Assembly (NCBI GenBank): GCA_951406725.2
Contig: OX597818.1
Location: 61,938,001-62,002,000, forward strand
DNA length: 64,000 bases
From: Octopus vulgaris
Taxonomy: Eukaryota
Reading direction: 5' to 3'
The position numbers and the translations under genes were made by a program. Position 1 is the first letter of the stretch. Each line of letters starts with the position of its first letter. Below are positions 11,911 to 24,100 of the stretch, piece by piece. The notes under the pieces are model-generated. The model made no database searches and had not been told where the DNA came from. It worked only from the letters and a program-made list of their open reading frames with translations.

Positions 11911-12261
11911 CTGTTGGTTGGGGCATTTGAATTATAACGTCGGATGTAATCAATTGAACCACACGCGTATTTATCGTTATGGTAAAATCTGGCGTGTGAT
12001 TGAGTGGATTTCATCCAGATAGTCTTGGCTGACGAGCTACAAATGGATTTTTGTAAGTAATATTACATTTAATTCATTAATAGCGAAACAATTGTCCCAA
12101 AATAATCTGTATTTTTGTTATTTTTTATTTGCCCTGTCCGTGTGAGCTAACAGTCGTACTGGCTTTCATGGGAAACATGTATTTTCGTGGTTGAAACCTT
12201 TTGGATTAACTGGTGCTAGAGTGGTGCAATATAGTGACCACTCTCTTATATTTATTTTGTA
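11911..12261 (+). repeat. Inverted partial copy of the 534-bp monomer
   Basis: Starts ctgttggttggggcatttg, the reverse complement of monomer sequence, directly after the truncated sixth unit. Confidence 0.9.
12016..12109 (+). ncRNA. Type I hammerhead ribozyme in the inverted copy
   Basis: CTGACGA at 12029-12035, GAAA at 12085-12088, GTC at 12094-12096, stems as in the array units. Confidence 0.85.
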
Positions 12262-12749
12262 TAAATATATAAATATACATATTTGCGTGAATATATGTAC
12301 ACATGCTTTTATGTGTACAATTTAGATTCATATTCATACGTCTGTATATGTATGTATGGCGTTTACGCGCATCCTTTTGTGTATGTTGATATATATATGT
12401 GGATTTTAATATAAATATGTATTGCAGTATTTATAACAGGTTTAATTTCTATGCATTAATTTGTACTGTCTTCATTAACGGCAATAGGTTTTTTCCTCGG
12501 TTTTTTCCTCGGATTTTATAATTTTTATAAGTTTTTTTATATATATATACATATATATACATATATGGCCTCAGCCGGATGGCTGAAACAAGTAAAAGAG
12601 TAAAAGAGATATTTTTGACCTTTTGTTTATCGCTCGAAGATTGACCGTTTTTTCTAAAGGGCCAATCAAACAAGTCCATTTCTTTTTAAAGATGTAGCGT
12701 TTGTAAGAGTATAGATTGAATTAATATATATGTTCCATTCTAGCAAAAA

Positions 12750-12787
12750 CTGTCTGATGAACGGCAACGAGAAACTCAGAGTAACAG
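12750..12787 (+). ncRNA. Minimal hammerhead motif of an unrelated family (G), within a probable Penelope-type remnant (~12610-12890)
   Basis: ctgt-CTGATGA-a-cg-gcaa-cg-a-GAAA-ctcagag-TA-acag: stem I ctgt/acag, very short stem II with a GCAA loop, near-palindromic stem III, GUA site. Confidence 0.6.
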
Positions 12788-12991
12788 ATTTTGTTGAATT
12801 TTCTGCTGCTTAAAATAAAGCATATTACTCTACCACTGGTATTTGAGTACTCTTTTTTCCACCTTGTTTCACATTTATGTGTTTACTCCGGTCTACATAT
12901 ATATATATATAAATATATAAATATATATATATATATATATCCTTAAATCCTTAAAATATATAAATATATAAATATACATATATATATATAA

Positions 12992-13038
<47 letters not shown>

Positions 13039-13041
13039 TAT

Positions 13042-16000
13042 AAAACTTAGATAAAACTTAGATATGTTTCGACCAGAGATTGGTCCAGGCCATGTCTAAC
13101 TTAATAGCACCACCTGATAGGATTATTCGAATCCTGTTTAAGTCAAGTTTTGTTCAAGTAGTGAGTTCTTGTTGGGTGAGTTGTATCCAGTTTTGTTCAA
13201 GTAGTGAGTTCTTGTTGGGTGAGTTGTATCCAATTATGGGTGGCTTATCTGGTATTCTTTGAAGGAATCTATCCAGACTCTGTTTGAAGTTGATGGGATC
13301 CTTTTCCTCTTTGATCTCCCTCGGGACAATGTTAAATAGGGCAGGGCCTGTTGAGGAAAAGAAATTATGTTGCAGTGTATATGTATGTTGTGATCTTGAA
13401 TTTGGCAGGGGACGTATAGCCCGTGGTCCAAGTCTCGGATGAACCTTGAAGCTAATGTTTAGGTCGTTTGGGCAAAGTTGGCGGTATATTTTCCACATCG
13501 TACAAATGATGTACCGCTCACGGCGACGCTGGAGGGAGTAAAGTTTCAAGGCTTTAAGGCGATCCCAATAATCGAGAGCAGCCATGCCTTCAATTTGTTT
13601 AGTGAGAGCCCTCTGGGGTGACTCAATTCTGGAGATGTTTTGTCTTGTGTGAGGAGACCACAGTGGGCAGCAGTATTCAAGGTGTGGCCGTACAAAGGAT
13701 GAAAAAAGTGGTATGATGACACCTTGTTCTCTGGACCGGAAAGTTCTTAAGATCCAGGAACTCATCCTACGAGCTGTATCGACCTTCTTGTTGATGTATG
13801 CACTCCAACTGAGATCGTCATCAACAATTACACCCAGGTCTCTGATATTGTTAGAGGCTGTGAGCGGTTCCCCTGAAGGAAGAGAGTATGGTTGTTTTAG
13901 TGAGGAATTTCTTCCAAAATGCATCAGCTCAAATTTTCCCTCATTCAGTTGCATTTTGTTTCTGTCTGCCCATTGACTCACAGCATATAGGTCAGACTGG
14001 AGTTGAGTTCGGTCTGCTTCTTCATTGACGATTTGCTGGAGCTTAGTGTCATCAGCGAATATTTTCACTTTGCAGTGATGTACGACACTGGAAAGGTCGT
14101 TTACATAAATTATGAAGAGTAGCGGACCCAAAACAGTTCCCTGGGGAACACCGCTGGTGACTTTTGCTGGGTTTGAGTGGACTCCATCAACTACAACATG
14201 TTGTGTTCTATTCGCTAGGAAATACTGAATCCAGTGTAGAACTTTTCCACGGATTCCAACATTTGCCAATTTTGAGAGTAGGATGTTATGGTCTACCCTG
14301 TCGAACGCTTTACTGAAGTCAAGGTATATGACGTCAGAGTTCGAACCTGTTCCCAAGGCTTTGAGTACATCTTCAATGTGGTGTAAGAGCTGTGTTAGAC
14401 AGTCCCTGCCACAGCGAAAGCCATGCTGATTTGAATTTAGGAGTTTGTGGGTCTCCAGGAAGTCAGCTATCCTTGATCTTAACACTCTTTCAAACACTTT
14501 AATGATGTGGAAGGTGAGTGAGATTGGGCGATAGTTGACTGCGAGGGATCTGTTTCTCTGTTTGAAAACCGGGATGACCGACTGGGATAGAAACTGTTTC
14601 GGTATATAACCTGCGTCTAACGAGTTTCTCCAGAGGTTGGTCAGAGGGACTGCAAGTTGATATCTACATTCCTTCAGGAGACTGGCGGGAAATCTATCAG
14701 GGCCTACAGCAGAGTAATGTTTGACCTCATTTATTGCTGCTACGATGTCGGTGGCAGTGAAGGTTATGTCTGCGATTTTGTGTTGGGAGTCAGCTTCGTT
14801 CGTTTCCCTCACATCAATATCAGTGGGAACACTGAAGACAGAGCAATATTGTTTCTGCAGTATTTCTGCCATTTCTTTAGCATCGTGTTGGGGAATGCCG
14901 TTTTCATCAATCAATGGCCCAATAGGTGAGACAGTGGTTCTATGCTTATTTGCATAAGAATAGAACACTTTTGGGTTCTGTTTGATGTTTTTGATTACCC
15001 ATTGTTCCTCCACAGCTCTTTGATTTTCAATGGAGGTTTTCATGTTAGTCTGCAGATGAAGTTTTTCCAGCTCTAGTCTTTTCATTGTTGTTGAATGTGG
15101 ATGTTGCGTGTGGGAATATTTTAATTGGTTGATTTTTTTGTTGAGTCTTTTGATGCGCCTGATGAGTGTTTTTTTCTTTTTAGGGAGCCGGTTTCTGTTT
15201 GTGTTAGTAGATTTCTTGGGAGCATGTTTAGAGCATGTGTCGGTGACAATGGTTTCAAAGTGCTGCCACGCGGTCTCAATATGAGGGGAATTGAGAGTAA
15301 AAGACCAGTCGATGGAAGACAGATCCTTTCTGATTGTTCCCCAGTCCGCTTTGTGGAAATTTATGTTGTCAAATGGGTGCCATGGAGTGGGATTGGCTGG
15401 TTTGGTTTTTATACGTCGGGAATTAAGATTGCAGAGTACCATGTCGTGGTCTGAGAGGAGAGTTTTTTCGACTGAAATGCTGTGAACGTAGCTAGAGTGA
15501 TTGGTCAGTACCAGATCCAAGATCGTTTTATTCTGTCTCGTTGGTTTAAGCACTAGCTGAGTCAGGAAATACTCATCCATCAGATTAAAGAGCAGTTCTG
15601 CTGCTGCCCTATCTGATGTAGAGCACTTGCCTAACTTCGGAGTATTTGTGGGCCAGTTCACATGAGGGAGGTTAAAATCACCCATCACTATTATGTTTCC
15701 GGAGTGGTACTTCCGAAGGAAGGACTTGACTTTGCTAAGGCACTCTTCAAAGTACTTTAGAGGTGCCTGGGGAGGCCTGTAAAGACCAACAATGGTTATG
15801 TCCTTGGCTTTGTTGTATACTGATACCGATTCACAGTAGCCATTGGAAAATGTGTCCTTGGCATCAAGTGAAAAGGAGTCATGGATAAAGATGGCTGTCC
15901 CTCCCTTATTTCGGTCTGTGCGATCCGCACGAACAATGGTGAAATCTTTTATTTTCACCTCTGCGTCCATATGGGTGTTGTTCAGGTGAGTCTCGGTAAG

Positions 16001-16224
16001 GATAAAGAAAGGGAAGCAATGTGCCATTTCGGCAAGCCAACTCTCTATATATGGGATCTTCCATTTTTGGGCAATAATTGATGGGTTGATGCCACTTACA
16101 TTTAACAGGAATGTCGAGGTAAGGGAAGTTGGTAATGGGTGAGTGGTCCTTGTGATTTGCATAGATGGTTGGTGATGGCTCGCTGGATCTCCTAATATAT
16201 ATATTAGGAGATCTCGCTGGATCT

Positions 16225-16227
<3 letters not shown>
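13042..16227 (-). mobile_element. CR1-group LINE inserted in (TA)n, no ORF1 present
   Basis: ORF2, a short 3' UTR with a gacca/tggtc hairpin and an (atctaagtttt)x2 tail; TA tracts on both flanks. Confidence 0.9.
13154..16162 (-). CDS. LINE ORF2: apurinic-like endonuclease + reverse transcriptase (1002 aa)
   Basis: EN motifs LTETHL, YRPP, GDFNLP, LDLVLTN, SDH. RT motifs [44 protein letters not shown]1-type C-terminus [13 protein letters not shown] and [10 protein letters not shown]. Confidence 0.95.
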   Translation of the reverse strand: MQITRTTHPLPTSLTSTFLLNVSGINPSIIAQKWKIPYIESWLAEMAHCFPFFILTETHLNNTHMDAEVKIKDFTIVRADRTDRNKGGTAIFIHDSFSLDAKDTFSNGYCESVSVYNKAKDITIVGLYRPPQAPLKYFEECLSKVKSFLRKYHSGNIIVMGDFNLPHVNWPTNTPKLGKCSTSDRAAAELLFNLMDEYFLTQLVLKPTRQNKTILDLVLTNHSSYVHSISVEKTLLSDHDMVLCNLNSRRIKTKPANPTPWHPFDNINFHKADWGTIRKDLSSIDWSFTLNSPHIETAWQHFETIVTDTCSKHAPKKSTNTNRNRLPKKKKTLIRRIKRLNKKINQLKYSHTQHPHSTTMKRLELEKLHLQTNMKTSIENQRAVEEQWVIKNIKQNPKVFYSYANKHRTTVSPIGPLIDENGIPQHDAKEMAEILQKQYCSVFSVPTDIDVRETNEADSQHKIADITFTATDIVAAINEVKHYSAVGPDRFPASLLKECRYQLAVPLTNLWRNSLDAGYIPKQFLSQSVIPVFKQRNRSLAVNYRPISLTFHIIKVFERVLRSRIADFLETHKLLNSNQHGFRCGRDCLTQLLHHIEDVLKALGTGSNSDVIYLDFSKAFDRVDHNILLSKLANVGIRGKVLHWIQYFLANRTQHVVVDGVHSNPAKVTSGVPQGTVLGPLLFIIYVNDLSSVVHHCKVKIFADDTKLQQIVNEEADRTQLQSDLYAVSQWADRNKMQLNEGKFELMHFGRNSSLKQPYSLPSGEPLTASNNIRDLGVIVDDDLSWSAYINKKVDTARRMSSWILRTFRSREQGVIIPLFSSFVRPHLEYCCPLWSPHTRQNISRIESPQRALTKQIEGMAALDYWDRLKALKLYSLQRRRERYIICTMWKIYRQLCPNDLNISFKVHPRLGPRAIRPLPNSRSQHTYTLQHNFFSSTGPALFNIVPREIKEEKDPINFKQSLDRFLQRIPDKPPIIGYNSPNKNSLLEQNWIQLTQQELTT

Positions 16228-16321
<94 letters not shown>

Positions 16322-16342
16322 GTATGTATATATATATTATAT

Positions 16343-16493
16343 AGCTATGTGGTAAGAAGCTTGCTTCCCAACCAGCTGGTTCTGAGTTCAGTCCCACTGC
16401 GTGGCACCTTGGGTAAGTGTCTTCTGCTATAGTCTTGGGCCGACCAAAGCCTTGTGAGTGGATTTGGTAGACGGAAACTGAAAGAAGCCCGTC

Positions 16494-16587
<94 letters not shown>

Positions 16588-16790
16588 TTGTGTGTCTGTG
16601 TTTGTCACCCCACCACCGATTGACAACCGACGTTGGTGTGTTTACGTCCCCGTAACTTAGTGGTTAGGCAAAAGACACCGCTAGGATTAGTACTAGGCTT
16701 ACAAAGAATAAGTCCTGGGGTCGATTCGTCCGACTAAAGGCGGTGCTCCAGCATGGCCGCAGTCAAATGAATGAAACAAATAAAAGACGC
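16343..16790 (+). mobile_element. tRNA-derived SINE family A with internal (TA)n(TG)n
   Basis: A/B-box-like head (tgtggtaaga; gttcagtccc), internal microsatellite, tail ggcggtgctccagcatggccgcag...gaaacaa; several copies in the window. Confidence 0.85.
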
Positions 16791-16795
16791 AAAAG

Positions 16796-16826
<31 letters not shown>

Positions 16827-16984
16827 CGCATAAATACACACATACATATACACACTTCTGTATCATTTCCCATGTTAGCCAGAGGTCCTGGCCATGCTGG
16901 AGCACTGCAGTTGGTGTAATCGTTTGTTTCATATAAATTTATAATTTTGGTAAATTCTGCTTGTTGACTCCAAATGTTTTCAAC

Positions 16985-17019
<35 letters not shown>

Positions 17020-17269
17020 ATACATGTGTTTATGTATGTTTATATCTGTATGTATGTATGTATGTATGTACGTTTCCATGTTTCCAAATGCCTTATTGTA
17101 TAGCTCCCGGCCATCCCTTATCGACAAGAACCACGATCAAAGACACTCCAGCTGTGACTATCCCTTTTTTCGTAGTTAAGCTCAACATTATTTAATTGCC
17201 ACGCTCTTGTTTAAGAGGTTAGTGTGTGCTATTTCTAGATAAATGCAGACCACATAGAGTTTCGTTGAC

Positions 17270-17425
17270 TTCTAGTGTCATCCAGTGCTCTGAATTTCAT
17301 CTTGAAGAGGATGAGTAGCAAAGCTAAAGTCAGCGGGATTTAAGCTTAGAACTTAAAGAATCGGAAGAAACGACGTTAAGTATTTTGTCCGAGGCGAAAA
17401 CGATTCTACCAGTTCAATGCCTTCA
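17270..17425 (-). mobile_element. Degenerate SINE family B
   Basis: Diverged similarity to 4192-4412. Confidence 0.5.
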
Positions 17426-17514
17426 AAATTCATTTCAAATTTTGGCGCGAGACCAACGTTAATTATAATAATGAGGGTGATGGTCGCTCCCGTCGATTCA
17501 AAGGAGTGGACTTA

Positions 17515-17715
17515 CTCCTTTACTCTTTTTACTTGTTTCAGTCATTTGACTGCGGCTATGCTGGAGCACCGCCTTTAGTCGCGCAAATTGACCCCAGGAC
17601 TTATTCTTTGTAAGCCTAGTACTTATTCCATCGGTTTCTTTTGCCGAACCGCTAAGTTACGGGGATGTAAACACACGAGCATCGGTTGTCAAGCGATGTT
17701 GGGGGGACAAACACA

Positions 17716-17783
<68 letters not shown>

Positions 17784-17925
17784 CATATATGTATACATAT
17801 ATACGACGGTCTTTTTTCAGTTTCCGTCTGCCAGATCCACTCACAAGGATACAGTAGAAGACACTTTTCCAAGGTGCCACGCAGTGGGACTGAACCCGGA
17901 ACCATGTGGCTGGTAAGCAAGCTAC
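17515..17925 (-). mobile_element. SINE family A
   Basis: Reverse complement of 16343-16790. Confidence 0.85.
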
Positions 17926-18177
17926 TTTATTTCATAAAATTTGCCGTGATGGCATTACAAAGAAGGGACGAACAAAAACAGACAAACATAAAAACGTGTA
18001 GTAGCTGCTATAACGTTCAAAAATTTATGATACTATTTAAATATTACAAATTACTAATTACCAATTACCAATTACATGATAACATGTTACTCATTGCGAT
18101 TTGCAAGGACTTCCCTGAATGAAAGGCATCCGACCACCAGGATGGAACCTTTGCTGTGTCTTTCCTTTTATTTTTTT

Positions 18178-21100
18178 ATAAGTTCATAAATGGGGACCGG
18201 AACTCTCGTGGGAAAAATTAGTTTGATAGTTCATCTCTGATTAGCTGCATGAAAATAAGTTCATACATGGGGTCCGGAACTCACGTGGGAAAAATTATGT
18301 TGATAGTTGATCTCTGATTGGCTGTATGAAAATAAGTTCATACATGGGATCCGGAACTCTCGTCGCAAAAATTATATTGATAGTTGATATTTGATTGGCT
18401 GTATGAAAATAAGTTCAAACATGGGGGTCCGGAAACCTCGTGGGAAAAATTAGTTTGATAGTGGATCTCTGATTGGCTGTATGAAAATAAGTTCATAAAT
18501 GGGGTCCAGAACTCTCGAGGGAAGAATTATATTGATAGTTGATCTCTGATTGGCTGTATGAAAATATTTTCATCAATGGGGTCCGGAACACACGTGGGAA
18601 AAATTAGTTTGATAGTTGATCTCTGATTGGTTGTATGAAAATAAGTTCATACATGGGGTCCAGAACTCTCGTGGAAAAAGGTAGTTTGATAGTTGATATC
18701 TGATTGGCTCTATGAAAATAAGTTCATGCATGGGGTCCGGAACACTCGTGGGAAAAATTAGTTTTATTGTTGATCTCTGATTGGCTGTATGAAAATAAGT
18801 TCATCAATGGGGTCCGAAACTCTCGTGCGAAAAATTATATTGCTAGTTGATCTCTGATTGACTGTATAAAAATATATTCATACATGGGTCCGGAACTCTC
18901 GTGGGAAAAGTTAGTTTGATAGTTGATCTCTGATTGACTGTATGAAAATAAGTTCATACATGGTGTCCGGAACTCTCGTGGGAAAAATTATATTGATAGT
19001 TGATCTCTGATTGGCTGTATGAAAATAAGTTCTTACATGGGGACCGGAACTCCCGTGCGAAAAATTAGTTTGATAATTGTTCTCTGATTGGATGTATGAA
19101 AATAAGTTCATCAATGGGGTCCGGAACACTCTTGGAAAAAATTACATTGATAGTTGATATCTGATTGGTTGTATGAAAAGAAGTTCATAAATGGGGTCCG
19201 GAACTCTCGTGGGAAAAAGAAGTTTGATAGTTGATCTTTGATTGGTTGTAAAAATAAATTCATAAATGGGGTCCGGAACTCTCGTGGGAAATATTAGTTT
19301 GATACTTGATCTCTGATTGGCTGCATGAAAATAAGTTCATAAATGGGGTACGGAACACTCGTGCGAAAAAATTAGTCTGATAGTTGATCTCTGATTGGTT
19401 GTATGAAAAAAGTTCATAAATGGGGGCGGAACTCTCGTGGGAAATATTAGTTTGATAGTTGATCTCTGATTGGCTGTATGAAAATTAGTTCATAAATGGG
19501 GGCCGGAACTCTCGTGGGAAAAATTAGTTTGATAGTAGATCTCTGATTGGTTGTACGAAAATAAGTTCATAAATGGGATCCGGAACTCTCGAGGAAATAT
19601 TACTTTAATAGTTGATCGCTGTCTGATAGGCTGTATGAAAAGAAGTTCATAAATGGGGTCTGGAACTCTCGTGGGAAAAACTATATTGATAGTTGATCTC
19701 TGATTGGTTGTATGAAAGTATGTTCATAAATGGGGTCCGGAACTGTCGTGGCAAATATAATATTAATAGTTTATCTCTGATTGGCTGTATGAAAATATGT
19801 TCATCAATGGGGTCCGGAACTCTCGTGGGAAATATTAGTTTGATACTTGATCTCTGATTGGCTGCATGAAAATAAGTTCATAAATGGGGTCCGGAACTCT
19901 CGTGCGAAAAATTAGTCTGATAGTTGATCTCTGATTGGCTGTATGAAAATATGTTCATCAATGGGGTCCGGAACTCTCGTGGGAATATTAGTTTGATAGT
20001 TGATCTGTGATTGGCTGTATGAAAATATATTCATACATGGGGTCCGGAACTATCGTGGGAAATATTAGTTTGATAGTTCTCTGATTGGCTGCATGAAAAT
20101 ATGTTCATACATGGGGTCCGGAACTCTCGTGGGAAAAGTTAGTTTGATTGTTGATCTCTGATTGACTGTATGAAAATAAGTTCATACATGGGGTCCGGAA
20201 CGATCGTACGGAAAATTAGTTTGATAGTTGATATCTGATTGGCTGTATGAAAATTAGTTCATAAATGGGGTCCGGAACTCTCGTGGAAAAAGTTATATTG
20301 ATCGTTGATCTCATACATGGGGTCCGGAACTCTCGAGGGAAAAAATTAGTTTGATAGTTGATCACTGATTGGCTGTACGAAAATAAGGTCATAAATGGGG
20401 ACAGGAACACTCGTGCGAAAAATTAGTTTGATAGTTGATCTCTGATTGGTTGTATGAAAATAAGTTCATAAATGGGGTCCGGAACACTCGTGGGAAATAT
20501 TAGTTAAATTGTTGATCCCTGTCTGATTGGCTGTATGAAAATATGTTCATCAATGGGGTCCGGAACTCTCGTGGCAAAAATTATATAGATAGATGTTCTC
20601 TGAATGGCTGTATGAAAAGAAGTTCATAAATGCGGTCCGGAACTCTCGTGGGAAAAATGAATTTGATAGTTGATCTCTGTCTCATTGGCTGTATGAAAAT
20701 AAGTTTATTAATGGGGTCCGGAACTCTCGAGGGAAGAATTATATTGATAGTTGATCTCTGATTGGCTGTATGAAAATATTTTCATCAATGGGGTCCGGAA
20801 CTCTCGTGGGAAAGATTATATTGATAGTTGATATCTGAAATGCTGTATGAAAATAAGTTCGTACGTGTGGTCCGGAACTCTCGTGGGAAAAATTAGTCTG
20901 ATAGTTGATCTCTGATTGACTGTATGAAAATAAGTTCATTAATGGGGTCCGGAACTCTCGTGGGAAAAATTAGTTTGATAGTTGATCTCTGATTGGCTGT
21001 GTGAAAATTTATTCATACATGGGGTCCGGAACTCTCGTGGGAAAAGGTAGTTTGATAGTTGATCTTTGATTGGTTGTATGAAAATAAGTTCAATTGGGTC

Positions 21101-24100
21101 CGGAACTCTCGTGGGAAATATTTGATAGTTGATCTGTGATTGGCTTTATGAAAATTTATTCATACGTGGGGTCCGGAACTCTCGTGGGAAAAGAAGTTTG
21201 ATTGTTGATCTCTGATTGGTTGTACGAAAATAAGTTCATAAATGGGATCCGGAACACTCGTGGGAAAAATTAGTCTGATAGTTGATCTCTGATTTGCTGT
21301 ATAAAAATAAGTTCATAAATAGGGTCCGGAACTCTCGTGGGAAATATCATTTTAATAGTTGATCTCAGTCTGATTGGCTGCATTAAAATAATTTCAACAA
21401 TGGGGTCCGGAACACTCGTGGGAAAAACTATATTGATAGTTGATCTCTGAATGGCTGTATGAACAGAAGTTCATAAATGGGGTCCGGAACTCTCGTGTAA
21501 AATTTAGTTTCATAGTTGATCTGATTGACTATGAAAATAAGTTCATCAATGGGGTCCGGAACTCTCGTGGGAAAAATTAGTTTGATAGTTGATCTGTGAT
21601 TGGTTTTATGAAAATTTATTCATACGTGGGGTCCGGAACTCTCGTGGGAAAAGGTAATTTGATTGTTGATCTCTGATTGTTTGTACGAAAATAAGTTCAT
21701 AAATGGGGTCCGGAACACTCGTGGGAAAATTTAGTCTGATAGTTGATCTCTGATTGGCTGTATGAAAATAAGTTCATAAATTGGGTCCCGAACTCTCGTG
21801 GGAAATATTAGTTTAATAGTTGATCTCTGTCTGAATGGCTGTATCAATATAAGTTCATACATGGGGTCTGAAACTCTCGTGGGAAAAATTATTTTGATAG
21901 TTGATCTCTGTCTGATAGGCTGTATGAAAATAAGTTCATAAATTGGGTCCGGAACTCGTGGGATAAACTATATTACTAGTTGTTCTCTGATTGGCTGTAT
22001 GAAAATACCTTCATAAATGGGGTCCGGAACTCTCGTGGGAAAAATTATTTGATAGTTGATATCTGATTGGCTGTATGAAAATAAGTTAGTAAATGTGGTC
22101 CGGAACTCTCGTGGGAAATTTAATTTGATAGATGATTTCTGATTGGCTCTATGAAAATAATTTCATAAATTGGGTCCGCAACTCTCGTGGGATAAACTAA
22201 ATTACTTGTTGAACTCTGATTGGCTGTATGAAAATATCTTCATAAATGGTGTCCGGAACTCTCGTGGGAAAAATTATATTGATAGTTAATCTCTGATTCG
22301 CTGTATGAAAATAAGTTCTTACATGGGGACCGGAACTCCCGTGCGAAAAATTAGTTTGATAATTGTTCTCTGATTGGATGTATGAAAATAAGTTCATCAA
22401 TGGGGTCCGGAACACTCTTGGAAAAAATTACATTGATAGTTGATATCTGATCTCATACATGGGGTCCGGAACTCTCGAGGGAAAAACTAGTTTGATAGTT
22501 GATCACTGATTGGCTGTACGAAAATAAGGTCATAAATGGGGACAGGAACACTCGTGGGAAAAATTAGTTTGATAGTTGATCTCTGATTGGTTGTATGAAA
22601 ATAAGTTCATAAATGGGGTCCGGAACTCACGTGGGAAATATTAGTTTGATACTTGATCTCTGATTGGCTGTATGAAAATAAGTTCGTACGTGGGGTCCGG
22701 AACTCTCGTGGGAAAAATTAATCTGATAGTTGATCTCTGATTGACTGTATGAAAATAAGTTCATTAATGGGGTCCGGAACTCTCGTGGGAAAAATTAGTC
22801 TGATAGTTGATCTCTGATTGGCTGTGTGAAAATTTATTCATACATGGGGTCCGGAACTCTCGTGGGAAAAGGTAGTTTGATAGTTGATCTTTGATTGGTT
22901 GTATGAAAATAAGTTCATCAATTGGGTCCGGAACTCTCGTGGGAAATATTTGATAGTTGATCTGTGATTGGCTTTATGAAAATTTATTCATACGTGGGGT
23001 CCGGAACTCTCGTGGGAAAAGAAGTTTGATTGTTGATCTCTGATTGGTTGTACGAAAATAAGTTCATAAATGGGGTCCGGAACACTCGTGGGAAAAATTA
23101 GTCTGATAGTTGATCTCTGATTTGCTGTATAAAAATAAGTTCATAAATAGGGTCCGGAACACTTGTGGGAAATATCATTTTAATAGTTGATCTCAGTCTG
23201 ATTGGCTGCATTAAAATAATTTCAACAATGGGGTCCGAAAACTCGTGGGAGAAACTATATTGATAGTTGATCTCTGAATGGCTGTATGAAAAGAAGTTCA
23301 TAAATGGGGTCCGGAACTCTCGTGTAAAATTTTTTTGATAGTTGATCTGATTGACTGTATGAAAATAAGTTCATCAATGGGGTCCGGAACTTTCGTGGGA
23401 AAAATTAGTTTGATTGTTGATCTGTGATTGGTTTTATGAAAATTTATTCATACGTGGGGTCCGGAACTCTCGTGGGAAAAGGTAATTTGATTGTTGATCT
23501 CTGATTGTTTGTACGAAAATAAGTTCATAAATTGGGTCCGGAACTCGTGGGAGAAACTATATTACTAGTTGTTCTCTGATTGGCTGTATGAAAATATCTT
23601 CATAAATGGGGTCCGGAACTCTCGTGGGAAATATTAGTTTAATAGTTCATCTCTGTCTGATTGGCTGTATTAAAATAAATTCATCAATGGGGTCCGGAAC
23701 TCTCGTGGGAAAAACTATATTGATAGTTGATCTCTGAATGGCTGTATCAAAATAAGTTCATACATGGGGTCCGGAACTCTCGTGGGAAAAATTATTTGAT
23801 AGTTGATATCTGATTGGCTGAATGAAAATAAGTTAGTAAATGTGGTCCGGAACTCTCGTGGGAAATTTAATTTGATAGATGATTTCTGATTGGCTCTATG
23901 AAAATAATTTCATAAATTGGGTCCGCAAATCTCGTGGGATAAACTAAATTACTTGTTGAACTCTGATTGGCTGTATGAAAATATCTTCATAAATGGTGTC
24001 CGGAACTCTCGTGGGAAAAATTATATTGATAGTTAATCTCTGATTCGCTGTATGAAAATAAGTTCTTACATGGGGACCGGAACTCCCGTGCGAAAAATTA

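Noticed and set aside
13080-16081. Plus-strand ORFs overlapping the LINE
   Set aside because: Antisense shadows of ORF2 with no independent motifs.
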